Source: Vicugna vicugna
Lineage: Eukaryota
Direction of reading: 5' to 3'
DNA length: 64,000 nt
NCBI GenBank assembly: GCA_013265495.1
Contig: MU062417.1
Location: 7,683,191 to 7,747,190, forward strand
The notes under the pieces are model-generated. The model saw only the letters and a list, made by a program, of their open reading frames with translations, made no database searches and was not told the origin of the DNA. Positions 48,421-61,049 of this stretch are shown piece after piece. The position numbers and the translations under genes were made by a program. The stretch's first letter is position 1; every line of letters starts with the position of its first letter.

Positions 48421-51329
48421 ATCTCCTGTGGGTTGCCCAAGTTACCTATCATCACTCAGGTCTCCATCTCATCTCTTACCTCTACTCTGTCTCCTTCGTA
48501 ATTATCTCCAAATTCCTCATGCCCAGATTTTCCAAATGGCTCTATCTCTTGTGGGCTGCCAGCTTCCACTGTTCCGCCTTAGTGTTCCATCCAAAGATAC
48601 ACATGAGAAAAGGAATGAGACCAAAGTGGCAACTAGAGGCAACAACCGTTGCCGACACTGCACGTAAGATGGCACTTGGTGATTAGAAGAGAGCTCTAAG
48701 GGGCAGCTGAGGGACCCCGTGTGCTGGACGCGTGTGCAGTGTTTCCCGTAGCACGGAAAGGTCTCCCTCAGTGCTGCCGTGGTCACTTTCCAAGTGCTCA
48801 AAGGCAAGGCGGACTAGAGGGAGGCACGTCACAGGCACATGAGTGTTAATTTCCTTCTCCTACCAGTAATAGAAGCTTGTCCCCAATTCATCACTCAGAT
48901 GGTAGTCTGTCATACAAGCCAGTGACAAAGGCTTCTAAAGCACAGGGTGTCACTGGTGGTGCTCAGGGCTGTGGAGGCTTGTGCTCCCCTGGCCAGAGCT
49001 CTTTGATTCCATGCACCCGAGTCTGGGCGCCGGGCTGGAGCATCTCCTGGGATTGCAGCAGCCGCCTTCCGGGTGACCTCCATTAGCTCTGTGTGTCCCA
49101 GAGGAACGAGGCACATCTGAAGGGCCCTTCCCAGAGCATTTTTTTTTCCTGGTAGATTTAATCTTTTAAATTCTCTCTCTCCCCCCAAAACAGGTGTTTG
49201 GGGGTTTCCTGTGGGAGGACAGGTTGGGAAGTGTTGAGGTGTTGAGGGAGGGGAGCTAGGGAAGAAAAAAACCCTTCCTCCTGAGGAAAATTTTCAGTGG
49301 GAACCCCTATCTTTAAGATCTATGCCTTCAAAAATACTCATTTGGGAAAAAAATGTATCTATATGATTCCAATGGCTGCCAACTTTGGAAAACTTACTCA
49401 ATCATTAGATTAAAGGGACGGAAAAGCCATCTTTAGGTGCCTAAGCGCATCTTGACTTTGGGAGAATTTACCTTAAAATAACAATAAACTAATTGTTAAT
49501 ATTACTTTATTATTATCAGATTTTTTCTTAGAAAAATACAATCTCAGCAGTTTATGGTTTACACAGAGACTGCATCAGAACTAGTTTCCTTCCTTTTGCC
49601 TGTCACTTGGCTATTTCTGTCTAAGGTGAGAGTAATAGTGGGTGGATCCCACAGGGCACCAAACATTAGACGTTTCCCCGGAGGTAAATATGAGCCTAAA
49701 CACAGCTCCAGGGGAGGCCCTGGGGTGCTGTGCAGATAGGGGAGGGCACAGCATATTCCACATTAGTGCCTTCGAAATGTAGCCTGGTTTCCCTAGGGAA
49801 GCTCTCATTGGGATAAAAGAACTAATAAAAATAGTGCTTAGTAAGATTATTTTGGGGCAGTGCTTTTCTCTAAACTCACAGGTCTACATCAAAAATGAAT
49901 GGTGAGCAGCAAGAGTCCGTCCCCATGGAAGGAGAAATGAGCCGCTAACCCGAATCCCTGGGAGCGATCTTGCCGGGCTATAGATGTGCAGAATTGGTCT
50001 AGTTAAATGGTCATTCTCTGTCTCATTTTTTTTTAAAGGCTTTTAAAAAATCAGGGTTAATAGTACTGGCTTGTTGCTTTCACAGTGAGTGGTTAACTAC
50101 AGAGTCGGAAGAATGATGAGGAAAACAGAGTGAGCTTCGAGGATGGACTTAGGGACTGGTTTTTAGACTTACTCTGGGAAAGATTTTTGTAAATCCTAGA
50201 TACTGAAAGATCTGGGGAGGGTTTCTGTCCTATCATCTTCTTGCCCTGTGTTCCCTTTGGCTTGTCCTCCCCACCTCTTGACGGAAGTGATACCTGAGAT
50301 GAGCAGTTCTATCTCATGGAGTGTTGGTCTGGGAGGAGCTGCTCTTCTTCTTGGATTGGGTTTCTTGTCTTTTGCATAAGCTTTCAGATGCGTCTAAGAT
50401 CGCCATGGCTGTTCACAAAATGAAGCTGATATTCTCAAAAACTTATTCCTTAAAATGGATTACTATATTCAAAGGAAGCCTAAACAAAGATTTTCCAGGA
50501 ATTAAAAAAAATATGGGTAGACAAATCAGATTTTTATTTTGAAGTACCTCAGCAGACATGTGAAGGATATCCGTGTAGGAGGGAACTGGGGGACACAGTA
50601 AACCCATTTAGGAAGTTCTGTAAACATGTGAGTAAAGGGATAGTAGCAGATAGAATAAAAAGGCGAAAACTGATTTAAGGGCTGTTTAAGAGGAGAACTA
50701 TTGGGGCTTAACAATCGGGATATAGAAAAATCAAGGAAGGGGAAGAGTTAACGATGCTTGATTGCTCAGCTAAGTGGGTCCATTAACCAGAAAAGGTGCA
50801 TCAATCGGGAAAGGCTGGTCGTAAAGTGCTAACAAAACCCTCCAAGTCACAGAGGCTTCAAAGAGCAAATGCCTGTTTCTTGCCTAGGCATTTTGGCAGG
50901 GGGATTTGTGCATGTTGGTCACTTAAACCCAGACTGAGTGAGTTTACTGTGATGCCACCATTTCCACATAACCCTGCATCTACAGAACATGGAGAATCAC
51001 ACACTGGCTCTTGAATCTGTTTTCATAGAAGGGGCAGACACACGTTAATCTGCTCACATTTCCATAGCATGGCCATACTTGTCACTTATGGGTGGGGGCC
51101 TGTGACCTTCCACGTGCATGGACCCATAGGAGAACCAGATACTGGTGAATACTAGTGTGCCCGCTACCATAAGAGGAGCAGGGGACGCCGACAAATGTGA
51201 TGGTGACAGCAGTGGTGGGAGAGGTGTTTGAGGCTGGTGTACAGTGTCGGCGCAGCGTGTAAAGGTGCTCTGTCCATTGTAAACTGGGCTTCACATGAGG
51301 CACAGTGAGTATACAGCATCCAGCTAGGA

Positions 51330-51520
51330 AGGTGGGTACCACTGTATAGCTCAGGAGAGAGGTCTGGTGGGAGATCATGATTTCGAGCCATCAGATATTG
51401 TGGGACTTAAAGTCATGGAAGTATCTGGGCACATACAGGGAGAAAGGAGGTAAGTCAAGGGAGAAAGAAAACAGAACAGGAATTATGACTCTGCAAAACA
51501 CCAGCATTTAAGGTGCAAAC
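51330..51520 (-). mobile_element. L2 fragment
   Basis: gctcaggagagaggtctgg...catcag...aaagtcatggaagt...acaccagcatttaagg. Confidence 0.6.
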
Positions 51521-52671
51521 AGCTAAAGAAAAAAATCCGAAAAAGATCAGGGTACATAATTAATAGCAATGTGGAAAATATAAAACATATGATGCCAAAG
51601 TAAAAAAAAAACCAAAAAACAAAGAACATAGAGGTACGTATATTTTTCATATCTGCCTGGGTGAAAAACTAAACCATAATTCTGCCGCATGTGACTTCCA
51701 GCGAGCATGCTGCACGTGGATATATACAGTCCTTCAGAGATAACCTTGAAACAGTTCTGTCTACCAATCAGTCAGCTGCAGAACAGAGCTAAAAAGAATT
51801 CAATAGCTCACACAGTGAGGGAAGCAATCTTGTTAAGTTGGGTTTCTAAGTGACCCCTGACTGACATACCTCAAACTTGGGAAGTCTTGGCTTTCATGGT
51901 GCGGAGACTGAAAACTAAAGAGCGGCTTGTCTTTTTGGTATAATGATTACAGAAACCACAAGAAGAGTGAACTTTCCAAGTTAAGCTTGTGAGAGCCTCC
52001 AAAAATCATCCTTGTTGATATCAAAAGGCAGTTACTGTGGCAGGCTGAGGGCCTGGCACTGGAAGGGGTCATATGATCTTGCAGGGTGAGCCCGAGGTCT
52101 GTGATCTAAGTGAAGACAGAAGTTCTCAGAGCTGGGAAGCCTGGAAAAGCCAAGTAATAAGGTACACCAATTATGTTTGTGATTCCCAGACTGAGGCTTT
52201 ATTTTGAAGAGGTCGTTAATTGTGCAACGGGAAAACCTAAAGGATTCTTGGAGGAAGCACACACACTGCCGAAGTGCAACAGTTAAGAGGGAAGGAGAGA
52301 GGTGCCTGTGAGCGGCAAATTTTCACAAAGAGCCTGGGAGGAGAGTGGTAAGCAGAGCTGGGGTGAAACCTTCAGTTTTTCATTAGGATCTTTGATTACT
52401 GGTTATCTCTGTTCCATGAAGGGCATCCCCACATGGGGACTAGGAATTCAGGGGGCAAGTAAAGAAGATGGGATACTTTGAAACAAGAAGAGAGAGTGAG
52501 TTTTCTTCTGGTCTTCGGAACAGCAACAAATCTCCAAGAGAAAAAAGGTACCATCACCTCCTGCTTGAAAATGTCCCTCATGAACTGCTTGGCAGAATGT
52601 CCTAGCTCCCTGAACACCCTGAACAGCCCAGGAGACCAAGAGAGATATTTTAGCTGGAACTTTAATGCCGG

Positions 52672-53199
52672 TGTATTGGAATTTTTTTTAATCCTCTGTC
52701 TGTATCTTTCTGGCCCATGTCTTTGCTCTGGTAGTTGCTGCAGGAACCAGCTGCTGCCATTGTAAACTTTCAGGATTTCACTTCCGCTGCACTGCCAACC
52801 TTCTCCTTAACCACCACCATGTTTTATGCCTGCAGGGGCTCCCCTGGACCATTCTGGTGTATGTGCAGAACTAGAAGCATGAGAACATTAATCCCACCTC
52901 TGGTAACACTTGACAAAGAGGAGATGGGGACCGGAGGGAAATACTCCCTTGGTCTCTGTCTCAGGTAGATACTTTGGTGAGAGCTTATGTTTTTCAGGAA
53001 GTCCTTGTTGGGAATGAAGACTTTATTGCCCAAAGCAGTTCTCTCAGCAATCACTATGACATTTCTTTTCCTTTTCCTACTTATCTGCCTCGCTCTCTCC
53101 GGTGCCTAGCTCCTGCACCACAGGACCACCTCCCAAATAAACTGCTATCATGTAAGTCTTGGTCCACACTCTGCTTTTAGGGGGAAACCCAGCAAAGGT
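52672..53199 (+). mobile_element. LTR33-like ERVL LTR (upstream copy)
   Basis: Starts TGTATTGGA; ends cacctcccaaataaactg...ctctgcttttagggggaaaccc, as in the LTR33 consensus. Confidence 0.8.
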
Positions 53200-53289
53200 G
53201 ATTTTGTCCTCACTTATTCTCCTTTGCCAAATGCAAGTGCTTTTCCTCCCATTTCTGTCCTCCCTGGTGAAAAACTTCTTAAAAATATA

Positions 53290-54180
53290 TTTTCTGTAAA
53301 CAAACTTTTTTATTTTTTAGTGGAGGTACTGGGGAATGAACCCAGGACCTCATGCATGCTAAGCACGCTCTCTACCGCTGAGCTGTATCGCCCCACTAAG
53401 GAAACCATTTTATTAACAATTTTGGATTTACAGAAAATTTTTGAGTATAGTATGGAGACTTCTCATATACCCCACAGCCAGATTCCCCTGTTACTAACAG
53501 CTCACACTCATCTGGGGCATTTGTTACCATTAATGAACCAATCATGGGCCATTATTATTAACTAAAGTCCATCCTTTATTCAGATGTCCTCAGTGTCTGC
53601 CTGTGTTTCAGGATACCACCCAGGGCACCACATGTGTTTAGTGATCATACTGCCTTAGGCTCCTTTATCAGATTTTTCCGCTATGAAGTTCCTCTTTTTC
53701 CTACTTTCCGTACTTTACTCCTTGGAAGGAAGTCCTTATGGGCAGGCTGCGTGGGAGGAAGGGGGAGTTATGCTTTTTCTACTTGAGGGCAGAGTGACTA
53801 GATGAGTTACTTGGGGTTCTTCTGCACGGGAGATTTGTCTGTTCTGTCCCACTTGTTTCTTTGTTCAACCATTTATTTATGTCACCAAAGACTCAGGGAT
53901 ATTTATTCTCCTTTGAGTTACAATCCAATGCTGTTTTATTTTTCTTGCACAGTTTCTTCTTTGGCCATTGGGAGCTCTCACAGTTGCTTTCTGGGCTCTT
54001 CTGACATAGCTCCATCACTGTGTTACATTACATTTGTGTGTTACATTACAAGATGCTCCCCGGTCATCTTGTGAATTTTCTGCTGCAGCCCTAAAATTCG
54101 CCATTTCTCCAAAGTGCCCTGGTTCTTTTTATTGGAAAGTAGGGCTAGAAACCAAGATGTGGGTGTTTGGTGTGCTCTGA
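53290..54180 (-). mobile_element. L1MC/MD-type 3' UTR, antisense
   Basis: attattaactaaagtcc...caggataccacc...ccatttctccaaagtgccctggttc...agaaaccaagatgtgggtg. Confidence 0.88.
53306..53394 (-). mobile_element. Vic-1-type camelid SINE inside the L1
   Basis: ggaggtactggggaatgaacccaggacctcatgcatgctaagcacgctctctaccgctgagct. Confidence 0.92.
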
Positions 54181-54409
54181 AAAGCCTTTTTTAACATTTC
54201 TTTTTTATTCTTTTACTTCATTCCAATACCAGAAGTGCTTTTGTTGTTTGACTTAACTGAGTCTATCGTGTCATTCATACATTTAGGGACCCAGTTTCTG
54301 TTTCATCTGATTATTATATACTCTTAGGATCACTCATACTTTCTCTTATACTCAACCTGACCACATTTAATTTTCCTAGGGATAGGCTTTTTAAACCATT
54401 TCTCCTGTT

Positions 54410-55383
54410 CCAGGAATGTGACAGGTGTACATGACCATGAAAATCACTGATCTCACCGTATTCCTTATCAAACAGAATCCACTGGCCTCATGGAATAATG
54501 AAATGACCTATTAAAACATCAGTTCAGGTGACAGCTTGGGGACAGACCCTGTGGGGTTGGAGTGCTCTCCTCCAAGATTCGGTATCTGCACTGAACAAAC
54601 AACTGGCACCTGATACTGTGTCCCCAGTAGTTAGAAACATAGGTCACGGAATCAAGACGTGAAAGTTGAACTGGTCCCTCTCACAATCGTCCCCAGTGAC
54701 CCTCTTGTGGGATTTGTCTTTTCCATCCATGCATTCTTAGACATTCTTGGTTTGGAGGTCCTGGTTCCCACTGAAGAAAACATTTACACAAGGGGATGAG
54801 GAAGGTTTCCACTGGGATGTAACTGACCCTGGTTATTGAGAGAACCTAGCCTTGTTACTGTATATAGTGGCAGAGAGGATACTCTAAAACTCCGTGGCTC
54901 ATTGGGGTGTCCTTTGGTGTTTCCATGCTTGATGAGAATGATGAATGAGCAACTGGAGCAATCATGACCCGGTACATCTAAGGCAATCAAGGGCTGACAT
55001 TCCTCAGGAATAAAGGTTTGTGTTACGCTAACAAGGAACACTCTTAAATCCCTTGATGTTCTGGCTGAGTGTGAGGAATATTTGGAATGGATGGTGGAAA
55101 TAGACGATGAATGTGTTATGGATTTGGAACCAGTTGCAGCAGCAAAGACTGTAGCTTGTTTTGCTAACCATTTCATGTTGAGTCTTTTTTTTAATTTTAA
55201 TAAGTGGTACTAGGGATTGAACCCAGGACCTTGGGCATTTTAAACACACACTCTACCACTGAGCTATACCCTCCCATCTTGAGTCTTTTGTGAAGGTTGA
55301 GTTTGCTGCCTACCATCCTGAAGGTCTTCAATGGCAGTAACTTATGTAGGGATGAGTGGAACCCAGTCATTCAAGGGGTAGAC
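54410..55383 (+). mobile_element. ERVL internal remnant: integrase C-terminus, dUTPase-like region and PPT
   Basis: Translation with stops and frameshifts: VHDHENH*SH..TGLME**NDLLKHQ; GWSALLQDSVSALNKQ; DVTDPGY*ENLALLL; SGIKVCVT...VLAECEEYLEWMVE. These match ERVL pol. aaggggtagac lies just before the LTR. Confidence 0.92.
55189..55275 (-). mobile_element. Vic-1-type camelid SINE with 11-bp TSD
   Basis: gggattgaacccagg...ctaccactgagctataccctccc; TTGAGTCTTTT at 55178-55188 and 55279-55289. Confidence 0.93.
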
Positions 55384-55859
55384 TGTGGTTAGACGTCTTT
55401 GATAGACTTCCTTGCTAAATTTATGTCTTATATGACCTAACTGAGCTTCAGCTGCACTGTGGAGTTCTTGCTTTCTGCCCCAGGACTTTTCTGCTGTTGT
55501 CATGTGGGATGCTGGAAGGAGCCCACTCAGCCTTTCTGGTTTGTCTGAAAACCTGGACTTGCTTTCAGGGTTAACATCGCTTGGGACGATTGTTACCCAG
55601 TGGGACAATGGAGCGCCATTGTCTTTCTGGTTGATACTTTTGATACAAGCACATTTCTCAGAAAGTCCCAGCAACATCAAGTTCCCGTTGCCCACAGGAG
55701 TGACCTTGATATATCATCCTTATATTAGCCTCACCCCCTTTTGTGTTGTTCACTCTCTCCAGATTCTCACTCTGCCTCTGTTGGTTCACCTACGAGACAC
55801 ACTGCCTTTCAGGCCTCCTTGCGCTGGGCTCTGCTTTCGTGCTAATCCAAATTAAAACA
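55384..55859 (+). mobile_element. LTR33-like ERVL LTR (3' LTR)
   Basis: Begins TGT after the PPT; ttgctttctgccccagg and gttgcccacaggagtgacc match LTR33; ends ...ctctgctttc...aaaaca. Confidence 0.8.
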
Positions 55860-56145
55860 AACGGGCAGGTTTGCAGTGGTCTAAGGGAGAGGGAGAGAAA
55901 ATTGCGTGAGCAGAGGAGTTTGAAATTATATTAAAAATCTCACTGTAGCTCAGGCACTGGATTTTTAATTTTTTTCTCAAATTCTGTAGCCTGGGTAGTT
56001 TTCCCCTCTTTGCTTTCTCCCATTCCCAGATTTCCATTGCATTCCATTTAGAAGTCAGGTGCTGTATGACAAGATCTGGGGCATACAGAGTCATGACCTT
56101 ACTGGCTTCATGAGGTGAAGAAATCTACGGAATACTGTGTCTGCG

Positions 56146-56164
56146 TGTGTGTGTGTGTGTGTGC
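56146..56164. repeat. (GT)n microsatellite
   Basis: Read directly. Confidence 0.85.
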
Positions 56165-56711
56165 ACCTATGTGCACCGAGAACTTGGTGAGGGAGATGGG
56201 GAATAAAGGAATCATATTAAAAACGACTTTCAGGGCTTCTCCCATCTGATCTTGGGTTCATATTAAAGGGCCAGGTATGAGCCCAGGGCAGCTGTGTGAC
56301 AGCAAGAATGACTTGGCTGTTACTAAACTGCTCTCACTGGAGAGATTGTGCCACTGACACACGTATCATTGGGGTATTCACTGGTGTCTCTGATGAGACA
56401 CCTGAGGCCTGACAGTTCTCTCTGCCTTCCACGCAGGCTGCCTGCACTCCGCTGCCCTTACCTGCATCCCATAGGCTCATTATGCTCCAAGATGTGACCG
56501 TGATGCACAATCATCAGTTGCTTTAAAATAAACTAAGAGGGAAATTGCTCTCACAGTTCCCCGTGTTCCTCAGGGTCAGGAACTGACCTGTAATCAGTCA
56601 ACAGAGCTAGGAACCAGGATTTGATGCACAAACGTTTGCCAAGTGGGAAGAATCACGTGATCAATTGAAAGCAGTTCCCTGTGGCACCAGGCACACACTG
56701 AAGCAGGTGGA

Positions 56712-56793
56712 TACAAAGACCCACGTACACACATGCCAGCACATGCGTGTGTCGACACACACGGACACACACACGTGGACACACACACACATA
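56712..56793. repeat. Degenerate (CA)n low-complexity tract
   Basis: cacgtacacacatgcc...gtcgacacacacggacacacacacgtggacacacacacac. Confidence 0.85.
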
Positions 56794-56804
56794 CTTTTAA
56801 AGGG

Positions 56805-56960
56805 AAAGTGTATAGTGTTATGGAAAAGAGCGCAAGCTCTGGGGCAAAGATGCCTAGGTCTGAGTTCTGGCTTGGCCCCTTTAGAGGTGATTTTGGGGGT
56901 CATGTTAAATAATTCACTGGGTGTCATAAGGATTCTCATGTGTCTATAAAAGACACATTA
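56805..56960 (+). mobile_element. MIR 5' part
   Basis: tatagtgttatggaaaagagcgcaagctctggggc...cctaggtctgagttctggctt. Confidence 0.7.
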
Positions 56961-57894
56961 TCGATGTTGACGTGGTAAGTATTATTAAAGCAACTGCATT
57001 AAAATGTATTTCACATGTTACATAAGCTCATATAAAGACAAATGTAGGGAGAAAGATGAGGTCTTGAGAGAGGGATGAAGCACATGGACAGAAGGTGAAA
57101 CGTTCCCAAAGGAATCGCGGGTCCAGGAGAAAACCCCACTTGCTGCTGGCAGCCGGGCGCCTGCTTTGGTTTCATTCACCTTTTCCCGCCACTGTCTCAG
57201 CTGTCATCTTTTGCACAGTCTCAGGGTTTTCGATTCTCCTGAAGACGGGGAAGTTCTCTCTTCCATCTGTTTTCCTTTTCTCTTTTTCCTTTCCTTCTCT
57301 GGTCTGGTTACCCAAATCCTACTCTTCTGAAAGGCCTAGATCAAGTATCTTTTCAATTTTTTTTTCTGAAAAGTCTGTCCCAACCTGCAGGCCTCAGGGT
57401 CATTCCCCCCCGAAGCCGCCTGTGGCACCTGGGACTTGCATCACCATCCAGGGAGCCCCCACCGGGTGCACTTAGTTAAGGTGCATAAATAAAGAAGGTC
57501 TCTCCTGCTGGGCTGTAGGCATGTGGAGGGCTGGCTCTTATTCCTCTTTGCTCCTCCTGTGCTGAGTATCATCCTTCATGCAGAATGGGGGCTCCACGGA
57601 TGATACATTCTGCTACTGATGATGACGATGTCTCCAGGAGATATGCTGGCTGCTGTGAATAATCCTCTATGAACTCCTCTCACTGAACGTCTCCATGGAG
57701 ATGAGTGGAGGGTACACATCTACATTGTTGCCTGCAATTGATGTAATAAAATTTCTGACTTTTGTATGATGTTTAATGTGACTTATCTTATCTGGCATAG
57801 TATCTATTTAAAAAACCCCATTAATGACAGGATCCTCAAACATCTCTGTGAGTGAGAAAAAAAATTATATTATTCCTCTTGGAAAGATCATAAT

Positions 57895-58570
57895 AACTAA
57901 CATTTAATGAGGGTTTCCCCTATTCCACGTACCATTTTACATGTTTCTTCATAGGAAAACTCGTTTAATCTTTCTAACAGCCTTATGAAACGAGCATGAT
58001 TATTATCAGTTTTATTTTACAGGTGAAGAAAGTGATATGCAGAAGGTGGATTATATTCTGTACACAGTTGTTTATCCCCTTCGTGTAAGAGGATCGTGGA
58101 CCCCTGCTCTTGGCTACCTGACTAGCTTGTTCTTCCTATGTTAGGAACAGACTTCTTTGCACATCGATGTATTATCACTTAGGCCAACGAAATATCAGTG
58201 GAAGGGACCATAGGCTCTATTCAATTATTTGCTCTAAGAGCCATCCTGTGGCTGGTCATTGCTTTGTTATAATCTGCTGTGAGGCCAAGACACAGGCTGG
58301 ATCTCAGCCTGGATCCCTCGATTAGAAAGCCACATGGAGTGGAGCCACAGAGCCTCAGGACCACGGCTGAGCCACAGCCACAATGTGACATGAGTGAGAA
58401 ACAGGTCTTCATGTTGACTAGCGACTGAGACTTCGGAAGGTCCTTCCTTGTGCAGCATAAACAAGTATAAGCTGCCTAATAGAGAAATGAAGTAATTTAT
58501 CCAAGGTTATGGTTACTGAGTAGCAAAACTCAGATTCAAAACTAAGCAAGTTGGCTTGAAAAGCCACGCG
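57895..58570 (-). mobile_element. MIR apparently split by an MLT1 LTR
   Basis: aacatttaatgag...tttaatctttctaacagccttatg...ttttacaggtgaagaaa (57895-58060), resuming gtaatttatccaaggtta (58490-58570). Confidence 0.7.
58065..58480 (+). mobile_element. MLT1J/K-type MaLR LTR
   Basis: gagccacagccacaatgtgacatgagtgagaaac...gactgagacttcgg...gcagcataa...ctgcctaataga end pattern. Confidence 0.65.
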
Positions 58571-60737
58571 TGTAATCACCACGCCAGCATGCTTCATAAC
58601 AGACGAAGACGCTGAGGCCCGGGAGATAGTTGTCTTAGCTCTTGTAAGTCAGACATGAAATATTTCACTGAGCTCGGACACTAAGCAAGCCCTGAGCTCT
58701 TCCCTGAGCTCTTCCTGACCCAGTCAGGACTTTGACCTGAAGGGGTGTTGCTGCCTCGCTGTTGTTCCCATCACTCGGGAGAAGTCTCCTGGCTCAGCTG
58801 CAAAATGCTTCTCCCAGGTGGAGCTGAAGTTGGCCACACCGCCCTCGTCAGCATTCAGACTCTGTCTTTGCGGCCGTCCTCATCCATCTGGGTGATTATT
58901 TATGGGGGATGAAGGAAGAGGGGGGCTGTGCAGAGTTATTTGTTTTCTGCGAAGCTAGGGGATTGGAAATGTTTTAGAAACATAACTGGTTGACACAAAG
59001 GATAAGAAGGTAAACATACAGAGTCCAGCATGTCCTCTCTCGGGACCCCTGTCTTGCTGCCAGCAGGATGCACTCCGACAGTGCACTGCGGACTGGATGA
59101 GGAAGGAAAGACAACCCCGCTCACACAAAGGCTTGAGTACACCGGTTCTGAAGGCCTCATACTGAGGCTTGGGAGGGTGTTCAACAGAAAATGCAGTTTG
59201 AATGCTGGTTTAGACCTAATGCGATGACAGGATCTGCTGGTGTGGGGTCAGAACACTTGATGACTGAATTCAGGGGTTTCCTGCTTGGTTTTCTGTGCAC
59301 ATGAGCATCACTAGGAGTCAGAGAGGAAACTGTGTTGAGAAATACCTGCCTCCCCCTCCCCAACCCCCCGACTCATGTGTGTGCATTTCAGGGAACTACA
59401 ATGTAGAAATGACCACTGCGACAATTTGCTTTAAAACGTTTTTTCTATTTTCCCTTTGGGATGCTAAACAAAATGATACGGCCTTGATATCATCAAACGA
59501 TTAATTTACCATTGCCTCCTAGTAGGTTGCAGAATCGACTGGGAACGGTTCCTTTGATATGCCATCTCTAACAGTGGGGATTTTGCATTTGATATTTGGG
59601 GGCTAGATATATTCAGTGGATTTGCCAGAGACTGTAGTCTTGATTAAACAGTAAGTTGGGACCAGTGTGCAGGTTCCCAGGGCAGTGAACTTTTTATCTG
59701 TATTTTTTGCTTCTGAGAAAGCAGAACTTATACCTTGCCCCATTAGATAAGGAATAATCACATCACATACTACAGACAGAAAGAAAAACCACTTTGCATC
59801 CTGTGATAAAGTCAGGAAGCAAGAATGCCATGCTTGGAATTAGTCCCCCAAATAAATGAAGGCTTCAGCTCTAGTTAGCTGCACTTCCTAATGAAAACAA
59901 CTCTGTCCCTGAGTGGTGTTTTCCCACCAAGGACAGACCTGTTGTGTCTTTGTGAGCTAGTTCGGGTCTTTCAAGAAGCAGGCATGAAAAAAGGATTAGA
60001 GGTGCAAGAGCTTTCTTCTGGCGAAGGTCTGTGAAGGGTAAAGGATGAGGGAACAGGAGGAATTAAGGAGTTCCCCAAGCACAATATAGGGAGGGGTGAC
60101 ACCTGTGAAAAGGGGAGATGAGAGGGGAGGGGGTAAAACGCCACAAATTGCAGTGCGGGTCTATGAAAACCTTGCCCAGACTGATGGGGAGTCTCTGAGC
60201 CAAATTTGCCCATCAGAGGAACCCCACATTGGGCAGGAATTGCCTGCTTCTAGTCTTCCATTATTCTCGGTGGTTGGTGAGGAACAACCCAGGGGAAACA
60301 TGGCCCAGTGTGAGCACCACAGTGAAGTTAATGATGTGGTGGCCGGCTACTGTCAGTCGTCTCTTTTCCCTGCAGTAGGCTCTTTGGAAGGCAGGTTGGG
60401 CCTCCAGACATTGGTAAACTTATGATTTTTTTTCCCTTTAAAACCTACTTTTTAATTTGGGGCTCTAGTTCTTCAGAAGGCTGGAATTTTGTGCCAAGTA
60501 TTGCAAGGAAGACTAATCTAATGTGCTTAATACTTTATAGTCTGAGTCAGATTTGAGAATAATTTATTAAGTGCTTATTAGGAGTCAGCAGTTGTAGATG
60601 CTGGGTATAATAGTGAATAAAACATAAAATTTCTGCCCTTGTGGAATGTGCATTCTCCAAGTGGGAAGAGGCAGGTCATAAATCTGTATATAATTACCCT
60701 TGAAAAACACGAGGATTAGGGGCATTGCCTCCTTGTG

Positions 60738-61049
60738 CAGTNNNNNNNNNNNNNNNNNNNNNNNNNNNNNNNNNNNNNNNNNNNNNNNNNNNNNNNNNNN
60801 NNNNNNNNNNNNNNNNNNNNNNNNNNNNNNNNNNNNNNNNNNNNNNNNNNNNNNNNNNNNNNNNNNNNNNNNNNNNNNNNNNNNNNNNNNNNNNNNNNNN
60901 NNNNNNCATATTTCCAGGCCATGTGGTTCATCTGTGAGTTTTTTCAAATTATTCCAAGTCTCCGAATTTTTTTCCGATATATTTACGGAAATAATCTACA
61001 TTTAAGTGGACACGTATATTTCAGACCCATGTTGTTCAAGGGTCAACCC
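60738..61049. mobile_element. MER2 (Tigger2-type) element containing the assembly gap
   Basis: End taagtggacacgtatatttcagacccatgttgttcaagggtcaac; cagt just before the gap. Confidence 0.8.
60742..60906. other. Assembly gap (N run)
   Basis: Run of N. Confidence 1.

Noticed and set aside
50113-50207. Possible C/D snoRNA (ATGATGA...CTGA)
   Set aside because: No terminal stem or internal C'/D' boxes evident; such box pairs are frequent by chance.
53306-53394. tRNA-Ala-like sequence with A and B boxes
   Set aside because: Followed by the Vic-1 tail and lacks a full acceptor stem; it is a SINE, not a tRNA gene. The same applies at 14516 and 55189.
54784-55176. 130-aa minus-strand ORF
   Set aside because: Antisense to the ERVL pol remnant; the real (broken) frame is on the plus strand.
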